Shown here piece after piece: positions 44,432-53,510 of a DNA stretch of 64,000 nt (position 1 is the stretch's first letter; every line of letters starts with the position of its first letter). The DNA lies in the NCBI GenBank assembly GCA_963667465.2, contig CAXXDN010000002.1, positions 1,408,001-1,472,000 of the forward strand, in the 5' to 3' direction. The notes beneath the pieces are model-generated. The model saw only the letters and a list, made by a program, of their open reading frames with translations, did no database searches and was not told the origin of the DNA. This DNA is from Dehalococcoidia bacterium (GTDB taxonomy: Bacteria > Chloroflexota > Dehalococcoidia > UBA2979). The position numbers and the translations under genes were made by a program.

Positions 44432-47070
44432 GCGCCCAGCTCCGCCAGCTCCTCGATCGTCACGCGCGCGACGCGGCGGCCGAGCACGTGCAGCGACTCG
44501 AGGTCGCCGAGCGCCTGCGCCCGCTGCAGCTCGCCGAAGCCGGCCGCCCGGCCGGGGATCGCGAGGTCGTCGTCCTCGTCGCGCACGACCTGGATACAGA
44601 TGGCGCTGTCCGGACCGCCCTTGTGCAGCTGGCCGGTCGAGTGCAGGAAGCGCGGGCCGAACCCGACTGTCGCGGCGGCGCGGTAGCGGTCGCGCAGGCG
44701 AACGCGCGCGGCCTGCAGCGCCTCGACGTTGGCCTCGCTGCGAGGCAGGAACGCCAGCAGCGCGATGTAGTCGCCGGGTCCCGCGCCCGCAAGCAGCTCG
44801 GCCGCGGCGGGCGTCGAGGGCGCCTCGACCGGCTCGCTGCTGCCGAGGATGCGGGCGGTCGCGTCCTTCGCCTGCTGGACGTTGGGTTCGTCGAAGGGCT
44901 GGACGCCGAGCAGGGAGGCGGCGACGGCGGTGGCGACCTCCCAGCGGTAGAACTCCGCGCCGAGGCCGGCTGCGTCGCCCAGCGGCAGCCGCGCGACGGG
45001 CTGGCCGGCCTGTTCGAGCGCCGCGAGGCCCTCGTGGTCGCCGTAGGCGACGAACAGCCGGTCGGCGCCGTAAACCTCGGGCGGACCGAGCGGCTCGCCC
45101 TCGACGGGCACGATGCCGCTGCCGTCCTTGCCGGTGGACTCGGCGACCAGTTGCTCGATCCACGCCCCGAGGGCGGCGAGCGGCGGCGGCAGCACGAGCG
45201 TCAGCTTGTCGCGCCCGCTCCCGGCAGCCGCACTGAGGATGGCGCCGAGCCGCACGCCGGGGTTGTCGGCGGGCGGCGCGCAGGCCCCACAGGCGCGTTG
45301 TAGCTCGACCGCGGGCGCGAGCAGGCCACGCAAATCGACCCCGAGCAGCGCCGCCGGCACGAGGCCGAAGTACGAGAGCGCGGAGTAGCGCCCGCCAATC
45401 TCCTGCGGGTTGAGGAAGACCTGCCGGAAGCCTCGCTCCTCCGCGAGTTCGGCGAGCGGCGTAGCCGGGTCCGTGATCGCGACGAAGCGCGCGCCGTCCG
45501 GGACGCGCGACCAGAAGTAGTCGAGCTGCGAGCGCGTCTCCACCGTTGTGCCCGACTTGCTGGCGACGACGAACAGCGTGCGCGAGAGATCGAGGCGCGC
45601 GTCGAGGGCGCGGATCTCCGCCGGGTCGGTCGTATCGAGGACGCTGAGCGCCGGGTGGCCGGGTGCGCTGCCGTGCGTGCCCGCGACGACTTCGGCAACG
45701 AGGCTGGAGCCGCCCATCCCGAGCAGCACGATGTCGTCGAGGCCCTCGGCGACCGCCTCGCGGGCGAACGCCTCGATCTCCTCGACGCGTCCTGCGAAGT
45801 CCTCCGGCGCCGTCAGCCAGCCGAGGCGATCGGCGATGCCCGCCGGCTCGTCTGCCCAGAGCGTGTGATCGCCCACCTGCAGGCGGCCGGCGGTGTCCTC
45901 GCGCGTGATCTGGTCGAGCGCCTCGCTCGTGGTGACCGCGATCGGGCCGAGGCTGCCCTCGATGCGGGCGCTGCCGGAGCGGATCGCGGTCAGCGCCTCG
46001 TCGATGCAGCGCAGCAGCGCAAGGAAGTCCGCCTCGAACGCGTCAAGCCCATCGATGAGCAGCTGGTCCGTCACCGCCTCGAGGTCCACGCCCGCCTCGC
46101 CGAGGGCGGCGAGCGTCGCCTCGGCCTCGGCCTCGTCCTCGCGCGTGATCGCGTGCGAGGCGTCGCCGTGGTCGGCGAAGGCGTTGAGCGTCGGCTCCGG
46201 CAGCGTGTTCACCGTGTGCGGCGCGACGAGGTTGTCGACGTAGAGCACGTCCGGGTAGGCGGCGTTTTTTGTGCCGGTCGAGGCCCAGAGCGGGCGCTGC
46301 ACGCGCGCCCCCGCGGCCGCGAGGCCGTCCCACATCCCGCCCGAGAAGACCTCGGCGAAGCGCGCGTAGGCGGCGCGCGCGTTGGCGACGCCTGCCTTCC
46401 CGCGCAGCGGCGAGTTGTCCGCCAGCCGCCCGTCCACCTGCGTATCGACGCGCGAGACGAAGAACGAGGCGACCGAGGCGATCGCGGAGAGGTCGCGCCC
46501 CGCCTCGAGCGCGCGTTCGAGCCCGGCGACATAGGCGCGCGCGACCGCCTCGTAGACGGCGATGTCGAAGAGCAGGGTGATGTTGACGTTGACGCCCTCG
46601 CCGATCAGGCGCTCAACGGTCTCAGGCGCGTTGGGCGTGCCGGGCACCTTGATCATCACGTTGGGCCGGCCGACCGCCTCGACGAGGCGGCGCGCCTCGG
46701 CGATCGAGCGCTGCGAGTCGTGCTCGACGCCCGGCGGCAGCTCGAAGGAGACGTAGCCGTCCGCGCCTCCGCCCGCCTCGTAGATCGGGCGCAGCGCGTC
46801 GGCGGCGCGGCGCAGGTCGGCGCCGGCGAGGCGCACGAAGGCGTCGTAGGGGTCGCTCACCCCGGCGTCGGCGAGGGCGCGCAGCTCGTCGTCGTAGTCG
46901 GATGAGCCGGCGATTGCCTTGCCGAAGATCGTCGGGTTGGAGGTCAGCCCGGAGACCCACTCGTCATCGATCAGGCGCTGCAACTCGCCGGAATCGAGGA
47001 AGCCGCGGCTGATGAAGTCGAGCCAGGTGCTCTGGCCCTGCTCGTGCAGGAGCGCAAGCGACTCGCTCAT
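44428..47070 (-). CDS. Bifunctional transaldolase/phosphoglucose isomerase
   Basis: GQSTWLD, TSNPTIF, MIKVP, WASTGTK, followed by GMGGSS, SKSG, GGRYS, ESTGK, HSTGQLHKGG. Confidence 0.92.
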   Translation of the reverse strand: MSESLALLHEQGQSTWLDFISRGFLDSGELQRLIDDEWVSGLTSNPTIFGKAIAGSSDYDDELRALADAGVSDPYDAFVRLAGADLRRAADALRPIYEAGGGADGYVSFELPPGVEHDSQRSIAEARRLVEAVGRPNVMIKVPGTPNAPETVERLIGEGVNVNITLLFDIAVYEAVARAYVAGLERALEAGRDLSAIASVASFFVSRVDTQVDGRLADNSPLRGKAGVANARAAYARFAEVFSGGMWDGLAAAGARVQRPLWASTGTKNAAYPDVLYVDNLVAPHTVNTLPEPTLNAFADHGDASHAITREDEAEAEATLAALGEAGVDLEAVTDQLLIDGLDAFEADFLALLRCIDEALTAIRSGSARIEGSLGPIAVTTSEALDQITREDTAGRLQVGDHTLWADEPAGIADRLGWLTAPEDFAGRVEEIEAFAREAVAEGLDDIVLLGMGGSSLVAEVVAGTHGSAPGHPALSVLDTTDPAEIRALDARLDLSRTLFVVASKSGTTVETRSQLDYFWSRVPDGARFVAITDPATPLAELAEERGFRQVFLNPQEIGGRYSALSYFGLVPAALLGVDLRGLLAPAVELQRACGACAPPADNPGVRLGAILSAAAGSGRDKLTLVLPPPLAALGAWIEQLVAESTGKDGSGIVPVEGEPLGPPEVYGADRLFVAYGDHEGLAALEQAGQPVARLPLGDAAGLGAEFYRWEVATAVAASLLGVQPFDEPNVQQAKDATARILGSSEPVEAPSTPAAAELLAGAGPGDYIALLAFLPRSEANVEALQAARVRLRDRYRAAATVGFGPRFLHSTGQLHKGGPDSAICIQVVRDEDDDLAIPGRAAGFGELQRAQALGDLESLHVLGRRVARVTIEELAELGA

Positions 47071-47215
47071 GGGTCGGGACCTCCTCGGACACGGGGAGCG
47101 GGCGCGCGGCCTTCTGCGCGCATCCTAATCGAGATTCGTCCGGGTGGCAGCGCCGGGAGTGGCAAGGCGCGGCCTCGCTATACTCCCCACGACGACGAGC
47201 GAGTGGAGGTGAGCG

Positions 47216-48019
47216 ATGGGCGAGTTCGTTGAGTACGAGGTGGAGGGCCGAATCGCGACAGCGACGCTGAACCGGCCCGAGCGGCTGAACGCGATGAACA
47301 CACCGCTGATCAACGAGCTGGTCGGCTACCTCGAGCAGGCCGCCGCCGACCCCGGCGTGCACGTCGCCATCGTGCAGGGCGCAGGCCGTGCCTTCTCAAC
47401 CGGCTACGAGATCGGCGAGCAGCGCGATCACGACCGGCCCTGGTCGCCGGCCCTCGACCGCGACCTGATCGAGACTCGCCTGCTGACCTGGCTGCGCATC
47501 CCCGAGATCCGGCTGCCGATCATCGCGAAGGTGCACGGCTACTGCATCGCCGGCGGCACGCAGCTGGCGAGCATCTGCGATGTGACCTTCGCCGCCGAGG
47601 ACACGCGCGTCGGCAGCGGGCCGCAGCTGCCCCTCGGCGCGGGCTTCGTGACGGCATTCTGGGCCTGGCATATCGGGCCGAAGAAGGCGAAGCGCTACGC
47701 CTTCCCCTCCGGCGAGTTCATCACGGGCACCGAGGCGGCGGAGCTCGGCCTCTTCAACGAGGCCGTCCCGGCGGACCAGCTCGACGCCTACGTCCTCGAC
47801 TACGCGCAGCGCATCGCGCTCGTCCCGAAGGACGTGCTCGTGATCCACAAGCTGACCGCGAACCGCATCCAGGAGATCCAGGGCTTCCGCTCCTCGCTCC
47901 GCGCAGGCGCCGAACTTGACGCCATCGCCCACTTCTCGCCCGAGGTCGACAAGCTGCGCGCCAGCGTCCGCGAACTCGGCGTGCGCGGCGCCATCGACGC
48001 CTGGAAGTCGCAGGTCTAG
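47216..48019 (+). CDS. Enoyl-CoA hydratase/isomerase family protein
   Basis: TLNRPERLNA, GRAFSTG, PIIAKVHGYCIAGG. Confidence 0.88.
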   Translation: MGEFVEYEVEGRIATATLNRPERLNAMNTPLINELVGYLEQAAADPGVHVAIVQGAGRAFSTGYEIGEQRDHDRPWSPALDRDLIETRLLTWLRIPEIRLPIIAKVHGYCIAGGTQLASICDVTFAAEDTRVGSGPQLPLGAGFVTAFWAWHIGPKKAKRYAFPSGEFITGTEAAELGLFNEAVPADQLDAYVLDYAQRIALVPKDVLVIHKLTANRIQEIQGFRSSLRAGAELDAIAHFSPEVDKLRASVRELGVRGAIDAWKSQV

Positions 48020-48053
48020 GCGCGGTCTTCCGGCCGCCGCTGAGGGCGTCCCG

Positions 48054-49049
48054 ATGGCGCGCAAAGAGACGCTGGTCGACGCCGAGGGCGTCGCGGTGCG
48101 GCTGTCCAGCCCGGACAAGGTGATGTTCCCCGAGCGGGGCTGGACGAAGCTCGACGTCGCCGAGCACTACCTGCGCTGCGCCGCGGGCGTGCTGCGCGCC
48201 ATCGGCGGGCGGCCCTGCCTGCTCAAGCGCTGGCCGCAAGGCGCGGGCGGCGAGCCCTTCTACCAGAAGCGCGCGCCGAAGGCGGCGCGCGAGACCGCCT
48301 GGATCACCTTCCCCTCCGCGCGGCCCGGCCGCATGGTCGTCGCGCGCGAGTTGCAGGACGTGATCTGGATGGTGCAGCTCAACTGCCTCGACCTGCACAG
48401 CTGGCCCGTCACCACCGAGGACCTCGACCACCCCGACGAGCTGCGGCTCGACCTCGATCCAGCCGAGGGCTCCGACTTCGAGCTGGCGCGCGCGGTCGCC
48501 GCGCTCTGCCGCGACGTGCTCATCGAGCACGGTCTGGAGGGCCGTCCCAAGACCTCGGGCTCGCGCGGCATCCACATCTACGTGCCAATCGAGCCGCGCT
48601 GGAGCTTCCACGAGGTGCGGCGCGCCTCGCTGGCGCTCGCCCGCGAGGTCGAGCGCCGCGAGCCCGGCCTCGCCACCACCGAGTGGTGGAAGGAGCAACG
48701 GCGCGGCGTCTTCATCGACTACAACCAGAACGCGCGCGACAAGACGATCGCCAGCGCCTACAGCGTGCGCCACACCGGCCTCGTCTCCGCCCCCTTCGCC
48801 TGGGACGAACTCGAAACGATCGACCCGCACGCACTCGACCTTGAGGCGTTCGCCGAGCGCTGGGACGCCCGCGGCGACGTCGCCGCGACGATCGAGGCGC
48901 CGCCGGGCCGCCTCGACGGCCTGCTGGCGCTCGCGGAGGCCGACGAGGCGCGCGGAATCGGCGACGCACCGTGGCCGCCGCACTACCCGAAGCAACCAGG
49001 CGAACGGCCGCGGGTCCAGCCCTCGAAGCGCGCGGCCCCGAAGGCGTAG
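48054..49049 (+). CDS. LigD-type primase-polymerase (Prim-PolC-like)
   Basis: SSPDKVMFP, FYQKR, DELRLDLDP, KTSGSRGIH, FIDYNQN, SAYSVR. Confidence 0.9.
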   Translation: MARKETLVDAEGVAVRLSSPDKVMFPERGWTKLDVAEHYLRCAAGVLRAIGGRPCLLKRWPQGAGGEPFYQKRAPKAARETAWITFPSARPGRMVVARELQDVIWMVQLNCLDLHSWPVTTEDLDHPDELRLDLDPAEGSDFELARAVAALCRDVLIEHGLEGRPKTSGSRGIHIYVPIEPRWSFHEVRRASLALAREVERREPGLATTEWWKEQRRGVFIDYNQNARDKTIASAYSVRHTGLVSAPFAWDELETIDPHALDLEAFAERWDARGDVAATIEAPPGRLDGLLALAEADEARGIGDAPWPPHYPKQPGERPRVQPSKRAAPKA

Positions 49050-49095
49050 CGCCCGCTCAGCCAGGCCCACTGGCGCCTGCTCCGCCCCCTCCCAT

Positions 49096-49124
49096 CCGTC
49101 ATTCCGGCGAAAGCCGGAATCCAG
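49096..49124 (+). repeat. REP-like palindrome CCGTCATTCCGGCGAAAGCCGGAATCCAG
   Basis: Hairpin ATTCCGGC-GAAA-GCCGGAAT; exact inverted copy at 53159-53187. Confidence 0.88.
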
Positions 49125-49160
49125 CACGCCCGAGAGAAAGTCCCGATCCGCTCCGAAATC

Positions 49161-49590
49161 CCGAAGGCGGGGCCGAGGGGTCCGGCCTGACCTCGAGGCG
49201 CTCGTGCGGGGGCGGCAGTTGCGGGGGCGGGCGCTCCGTGCGGGGCGTGGGGCACAGCCCCTACATGAAGAAGCTCCGAGGGCGGGGCCGAGGGGTCCGG
49301 TCTGACCTCGAGGCGCTCGTGCGGAGGCGGCAGTTGCAGGGCGGCCGCTCCGGGCGGGGCGTGGGGCGCAGCTCCCACATGAAGAAGCTCCGAGGGCGGA
49401 ACCGAGGGCCGCCGTGACCAGGGGGCGATCGGGTGGGGCGGCGGTCGCCGGGCAGGCGCTCCGCGTGGGGGCGTGGGGGCGCAGCCCCCACATGAAGAGA
49501 TTCCGAGGGTGGGTGGGTGGGCCGGAGCCGCGCGCAGCGCGTGCTCCTCCGGGATGGGGGCGTGGGGGGCGCAGCCCCCCACAACAGAGG
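49161..49590 (+). repeat. Degenerate 113-115-bp tandem G-rich repeat array (about 4 units)
   Basis: Units start at 49161, 49276, 49390 and 49503; shared core GGGGCGTGGGG(G)CGCAGCCCCCACATGAAGAAGCTCCGAGGG. Confidence 0.85.
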
Positions 49591-49649
49591 CGCGCGCCAC
49601 CCCCGAAGGCGTAGATCGCCCCTCAGCGCATCATCCGTCCGCCGTCGAC

Positions 49650-50045
49650 CTACGAGGTGTGCTGCGCGACGATCGCTCGCGCTTCGTCGCCGACGCCCGG
49701 CAACGCCGCCTGGAACGCGTCTTCATCCAGCGAAGCCGCAAGGTTTGGATAGCCCGCGCGCTCGATCATCGGTCGCAGGCGGCCGCGCTCGAAACGCTCC
49801 AACACCCAGTCGAGGGGATCACCGGCCGCCGTCGCGTCCAGCATCAGGCGCTCGTTACCCAGCTCCGGGCCGTAGTGGTAGTGGGGCGCCTCGGCGAAGC
49901 AATCGAAGCGCAGCAGCTCCGTGTCCTGTCCATCGATGTCCGCGTAGATTTGGATGCACAACCCGCCGTCGCCCGGGATGTCTCCCCGGTAACTCATGGC
50001 GACCTCGACCGCTCCGGCGGCGATTACCTTCGTACCCTTGTCCAC
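49650..50045 (-). CDS. Conserved hypothetical protein
   Basis: ELLRFDCF..APHYHYGP motif; normal codon usage; last gene of the thiolase cassette. Confidence 0.7.
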   Translation of the reverse strand: MDKGTKVIAAGAVEVAMSYRGDIPGDGGLCIQIYADIDGQDTELLRFDCFAEAPHYHYGPELGNERLMLDATAAGDPLDWVLERFERGRLRPMIERAGYPNLAASLDEDAFQAALPGVGDEARAIVAQHTS

Positions 50046-50144
50046 GCCGACCCCGCCCTCCGCCTCGACCCGCACCCCCGCTCGGGACGCTCGATCGAGG
50101 GCAGCAGTCTAACCGACGCGCGACGCCGGACAGCCGACCGTGCG

Positions 50145-51356
50145 TTAGCCGAAGACGCCGCGTTCCGCGAGCCGTGCCTGCTCGTCCTCACCGATGCCGA
50201 ACTCGCGCAGCACCTCGTGCGTGTGTTCTCCGCTCGCCGGCGCCGGTCCGCGTGGTCCGAGGTCGGTGGAGCGGATCTGGAAGGGCGTGCCGAGCGTCTG
50301 GTACGCGCCTGCCTCGGGATGCTCCACTTCCCGGATCCAGCCGTACTCGCGCACCTGCGGGTCGGCGATCACCTCCGGCAGCTCGGCGGCCGGCGCCCAG
50401 ATCACCCCGTGCTCGTCGAGACGGCCCGACCAGTAGGCGAGGTCCTGTGCGGCGAAGGTTTCCGAGATTGTCGCGGCCAGCTCGCGGCGCTCCTCGGCGA
50501 AGCGCTCCGCCGCGCTGCGTCCATCCAGCGCCAACTCCGGCCGCCCGATCGCGGCGCAGAACTGGTCCCAGTAGCGGTCCGGTTGCAGCATCACCAACAC
50601 GATCCAGCGCCCGTCCCTCGTCTGGTACGAGTTCCAGATCGGGTTCGGCGGCGCCTCGCGATCGTGCCGCGGGGCAGCCTGGCCGGCGACGAGCGCGGCG
50701 GAGAAGTCCGTGCCGACGCTCCACAGCCCGGTGCCCTGCAGGGTGACTTCCACGTACTGCCCCTCGCCGCTCTGGTCGCGCAGCCGGAGGGCGGCGAGCA
50801 CGGCGGCGAGCAGGGTGACGCTCGTCATGTGGTCGCCCTGGCCCGGCCGGTTGAGTGGCGGGGGCGAGCCTGGCGGCTGTTGCAGCGCCGCCATCACCCC
50901 GGCGCGCGCCCAGAACGCCGAGTAGTCGAAGCCCGCCCGCTCCGAATCCGGACCGCGCGTCCCGTAGCCGGTGAGGGACGCGTAGATGATCGAGGGGCGC
51001 ACGGCGCGCAGCGCGTCCTCGGTGAGTCCGTAGCGCTCGCGCCGGGGCTGCGTGAGGTTGGTCAGGAACACATCTGCGCGCTCGCAGAGCCGCCACACGA
51101 GGCCCGGGCCGCCCTCGCTCGTGAGGTCGACAGTGATCGACCGCTTCCCACGGTTGTCGAGCTCGAAGGCGTAGTTGAGCGCGAAGTCATGGTCGTAGCC
51201 GCTCGCGCGCTGGTCATAGCCGCGGAACGGGTCGCCGCCCGGCGGCTCCACCTTCACGACGTCCGCACCGAGGTCGGCCATCAGCGCACCGGTGCTCGGC
51301 GCGGCGAGCCAGTTGGCGGCCTCGATCACAACGATGCCGCTCAGCGGTCCGGACAC
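50145..51356 (-). CDS. CaiB/BaiF family III CoA transferase
   Basis: LGADVVKVEPPGGD, DNRGKRS, GFDYSAFWARAG. Confidence 0.92.
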   Translation of the reverse strand: MSGPLSGIVVIEAANWLAAPSTGALMADLGADVVKVEPPGGDPFRGYDQRASGYDHDFALNYAFELDNRGKRSITVDLTSEGGPGLVWRLCERADVFLTNLTQPRRERYGLTEDALRAVRPSIIYASLTGYGTRGPDSERAGFDYSAFWARAGVMAALQQPPGSPPPLNRPGQGDHMTSVTLLAAVLAALRLRDQSGEGQYVEVTLQGTGLWSVGTDFSAALVAGQAAPRHDREAPPNPIWNSYQTRDGRWIVLVMLQPDRYWDQFCAAIGRPELALDGRSAAERFAEERRELAATISETFAAQDLAYWSGRLDEHGVIWAPAAELPEVIADPQVREYGWIREVEHPEAGAYQTLGTPFQIRSTDLGPRGPAPASGEHTHEVLREFGIGEDEQARLAERGVFG

Positions 51357-51372
51357 GGCCCGACCTCCTCCG

Positions 51373-52560
51373 CTATTCGCGGGTGCAGATGAAGCTCGCC
51401 CCCATCGCGAACGGCCCAACCTCACAGAGCGCGACCTCGGCGTCCGCGATCTGGCGAGGACCGGCGGTGCCCATCATCTGGCGAGCGGTCTCCGCGACGT
51501 GGGCCATGCCGTGCAGGCGACCCTCACCGAGGTTGCCGCCGGAGGTGTTGAAGGGCTGGTCCCCGTCCAGCGCGAGGCGCTCGGCCGTCGCCCAGGCGTG
51601 GGCCTCGCCCTCGCCGCAGAAGCGGAAGGTCTCCATCCGCGTCCACATCATCGGGCTGAAGCCGTCGTAGAGGTGCAGGACGTCGACGTCCTCGGGGCCC
51701 AGGCCGGCGCTGCGATAGAGGTTCTCCGCGTGCAGCCCGTCCATCTCGTAGAGATCCTCGAGCGACTCGATGATCCCGCCGCGCTCGAGGTTGTGCGGCG
51801 TCATGGCGTGGCCGGCGATGTAGCCGCCGGGATGGGGCGTGCCACGTGCGCGATCCTCGGTTGTCATGATCACGGCGCCGGCGCCATCGACAGGCATGTC
51901 GTAGTCGAAGAGGCTCATCGGCCAGGAGATGATCCGGGCGTTGAGGTAGTCGTCGCGGGTGATCTCGCGCCCGTACCAGGCGGCGTTCTCGTTGAGCTGG
52001 GCGTGCGTGTGGGCGTTGAGCACGGCGTCCGCGAGCGCCTCGCGAGGCGCGCCGTACTTCTCGAGGTAGCGCTGGAAGTGGAGCGCCTGGCGCGGTCCGC
52101 CGCCGCCGTGGCCGTAAGGGACGGTGAACTGGTTCTCGCCGCCCGCGGTCGTCGCCGGGTTGTCGTGATAGCGGACGCCGGCGGGGTGGTGGAGCGCGCG
52201 GTAGACGAGGGCGTAGTCGCAGGCCCCGGCGGCGAGCGCGTTCGCGGCCTCGATCACGCTCGCGGCGATCATCGACCAGTTCGACTGGTTGAACCAGCGC
52301 ACGTTGGGGAGGCCGAGCATCCGCATCATGTAGGTCGCGGGGATGACGTCGTGGCCGACGATCCCGCGGTTGACCCCGAGCGGGTTCGGGTAGACGGCGA
52401 TGCCGTCGATCTGCGCCAGTTCGATGCCGGCGTCCGCCACCGCGTTCGTGACCGCCTCGTACGCGATGCTGCCGAGCGAACGAGGCGCATAGCGGTGGCA
52501 GGGGCTGTAGCCGACGCCGATAAAGCAGGGGCGCTTGCCAGGCGGGAATTCGATCGCCAT
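51373..52560 (-). CDS. Thiolase-superfamily protein (SCP-x/Ltp2-like)
   Basis: PVDGAGAVIM, LYDGFS, NTSGGNLGEGRLHG. Confidence 0.85.
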   Translation of the reverse strand: MAIEFPPGKRPCFIGVGYSPCHRYAPRSLGSIAYEAVTNAVADAGIELAQIDGIAVYPNPLGVNRGIVGHDVIPATYMMRMLGLPNVRWFNQSNWSMIAASVIEAANALAAGACDYALVYRALHHPAGVRYHDNPATTAGGENQFTVPYGHGGGGPRQALHFQRYLEKYGAPREALADAVLNAHTHAQLNENAAWYGREITRDDYLNARIISWPMSLFDYDMPVDGAGAVIMTTEDRARGTPHPGGYIAGHAMTPHNLERGGIIESLEDLYEMDGLHAENLYRSAGLGPEDVDVLHLYDGFSPMMWTRMETFRFCGEGEAHAWATAERLALDGDQPFNTSGGNLGEGRLHGMAHVAETARQMMGTAGPRQIADAEVALCEVGPFAMGASFICTRE

Positions 52561-52564
52561 GGCG

Positions 52565-52999
52565 CTACCCCGCCGAATCTTTGCGCGCGGGCCGGAACTG
52601 CGGGAACACGATCTCGTCGCTCGCCCGCTCGAACACGACCTCGACGCCCATTCCGGCAGCGATCTCAGCGTAGTCGCAGTCGAGCAGGTTCGCGAGGACG
52701 AACAGCCCCGCCTGCTCCTCCAGCTCCACCATCACCACCGGGTACGGCGTCTTCTCCCCGAAGGCGCGGATGTCGGAGTCCTCGTGGATGTAGTAGCTGT
52801 AGACGGCGCCCCGTCCGCTCACCTCGGCGAACGCGAGATCCGCAGCCTCGTCGTGGCAGTTCGTGCAGAAGTAGACGGGCGGGTGGTGGAAGCGCAGGCA
52901 GCCCTGGCATTGCTGGATCGCGAGCGCCTCGCGGCGCGCGGCCTCCCAGTAGGGCTCGGTCAGCGCGTCCGGGGCCGGGAGCACGCGATACGGCGCCAT
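52565..52999 (-). CDS. DUF35 Zn-ribbon/OB-fold protein
   Basis: CQGC...HPP..CTNC, VSGRGAVYSY, VELEE; alternative start at 53032. Confidence 0.88.
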   Translation of the reverse strand: MAPYRVLPAPDALTEPYWEAARREALAIQQCQGCLRFHHPPVYFCTNCHDEAADLAFAEVSGRGAVYSYYIHEDSDIRAFGEKTPYPVVMVELEEQAGLFVLANLLDCDYAEIAAGMGVEVVFERASDEIVFPQFRPARKDSAG

Positions 53000-53125
53000 C
53001 GTCTCCTTCTGCCCGCTCGGTCTGTCCACCATCGCCCGGCCCCTCATTGCCCCGCGCGGCGCACGATACCGCCCGCAGGGGGATTGCGCTCGCGGGATGC
53101 CGTCGCAGCGAGGCTACTCCACCGC

Positions 53126-53187
53126 CCCTGGATTCCGGCGCCCCTGGATTCCGGCGCCCTGGATTCCGGCTTTCGCCGGAATGACGG
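53126..53187 (-). repeat. Stuttered REP: two partial CCCTGGATTCCGGCG units followed by a full REP hairpin
   Basis: CCCTGGATTCCGGC occurs three times in tandem; the last extends into TTTCGCCGGAATGACGG. Confidence 0.85.
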
Positions 53188-53269
53188 TTCTGCAAGGGTC
53201 TCGCGAGGGGTGCGCGGGGGGCGTGAGCGGGGTGGATCCGGGCATCGGAGCGTCGTGCGCCCTCGACGG

Positions 53270-53490
53270 TCCGGGTGGGGGCGTGGGGGGCGCAGCCCCC
53301 ACAGCAAGAACATCCGAGGGCGGGCGGGTGGGCCAGAGCGGGGCGCAGCCCCCGCTTGTCCGGGCTGGGGGGGTGGGGTGTTGCGCTCCCCGCAGGCGAC
53401 GCGCGCATGCCCTCGCAGGGTCCGTTGCGCAACCGGCGGGCTGCGCCCGCACCCCCTCACCCTCACCCGCTCCCGCCGGGGGAGAGGGAA
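53270..53490. repeat. Further copy of the G-rich repeat core plus a CCCTCACCC...GGGAGAGGG palindrome
   Basis: GGGGCGTGGGGGGCGCAGCCCCCACAGCAAGAACATCCGAGGGCGGGCGGGTGGG resembles 49467-49521. Confidence 0.78.
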
Positions 53491-53510
53491 CAGCAGGATG
53501 CGCGGCGAGG

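Noticed and set aside
44428-47070. tal-pgi fusion as a novelty
   Set aside because: Known, widespread bifunctional architecture
49161-49590. Possible CRISPR array
   Set aside because: Repeats are degenerate, the first two spacers are near-duplicates, the period is about 114 bp and there are no cas genes
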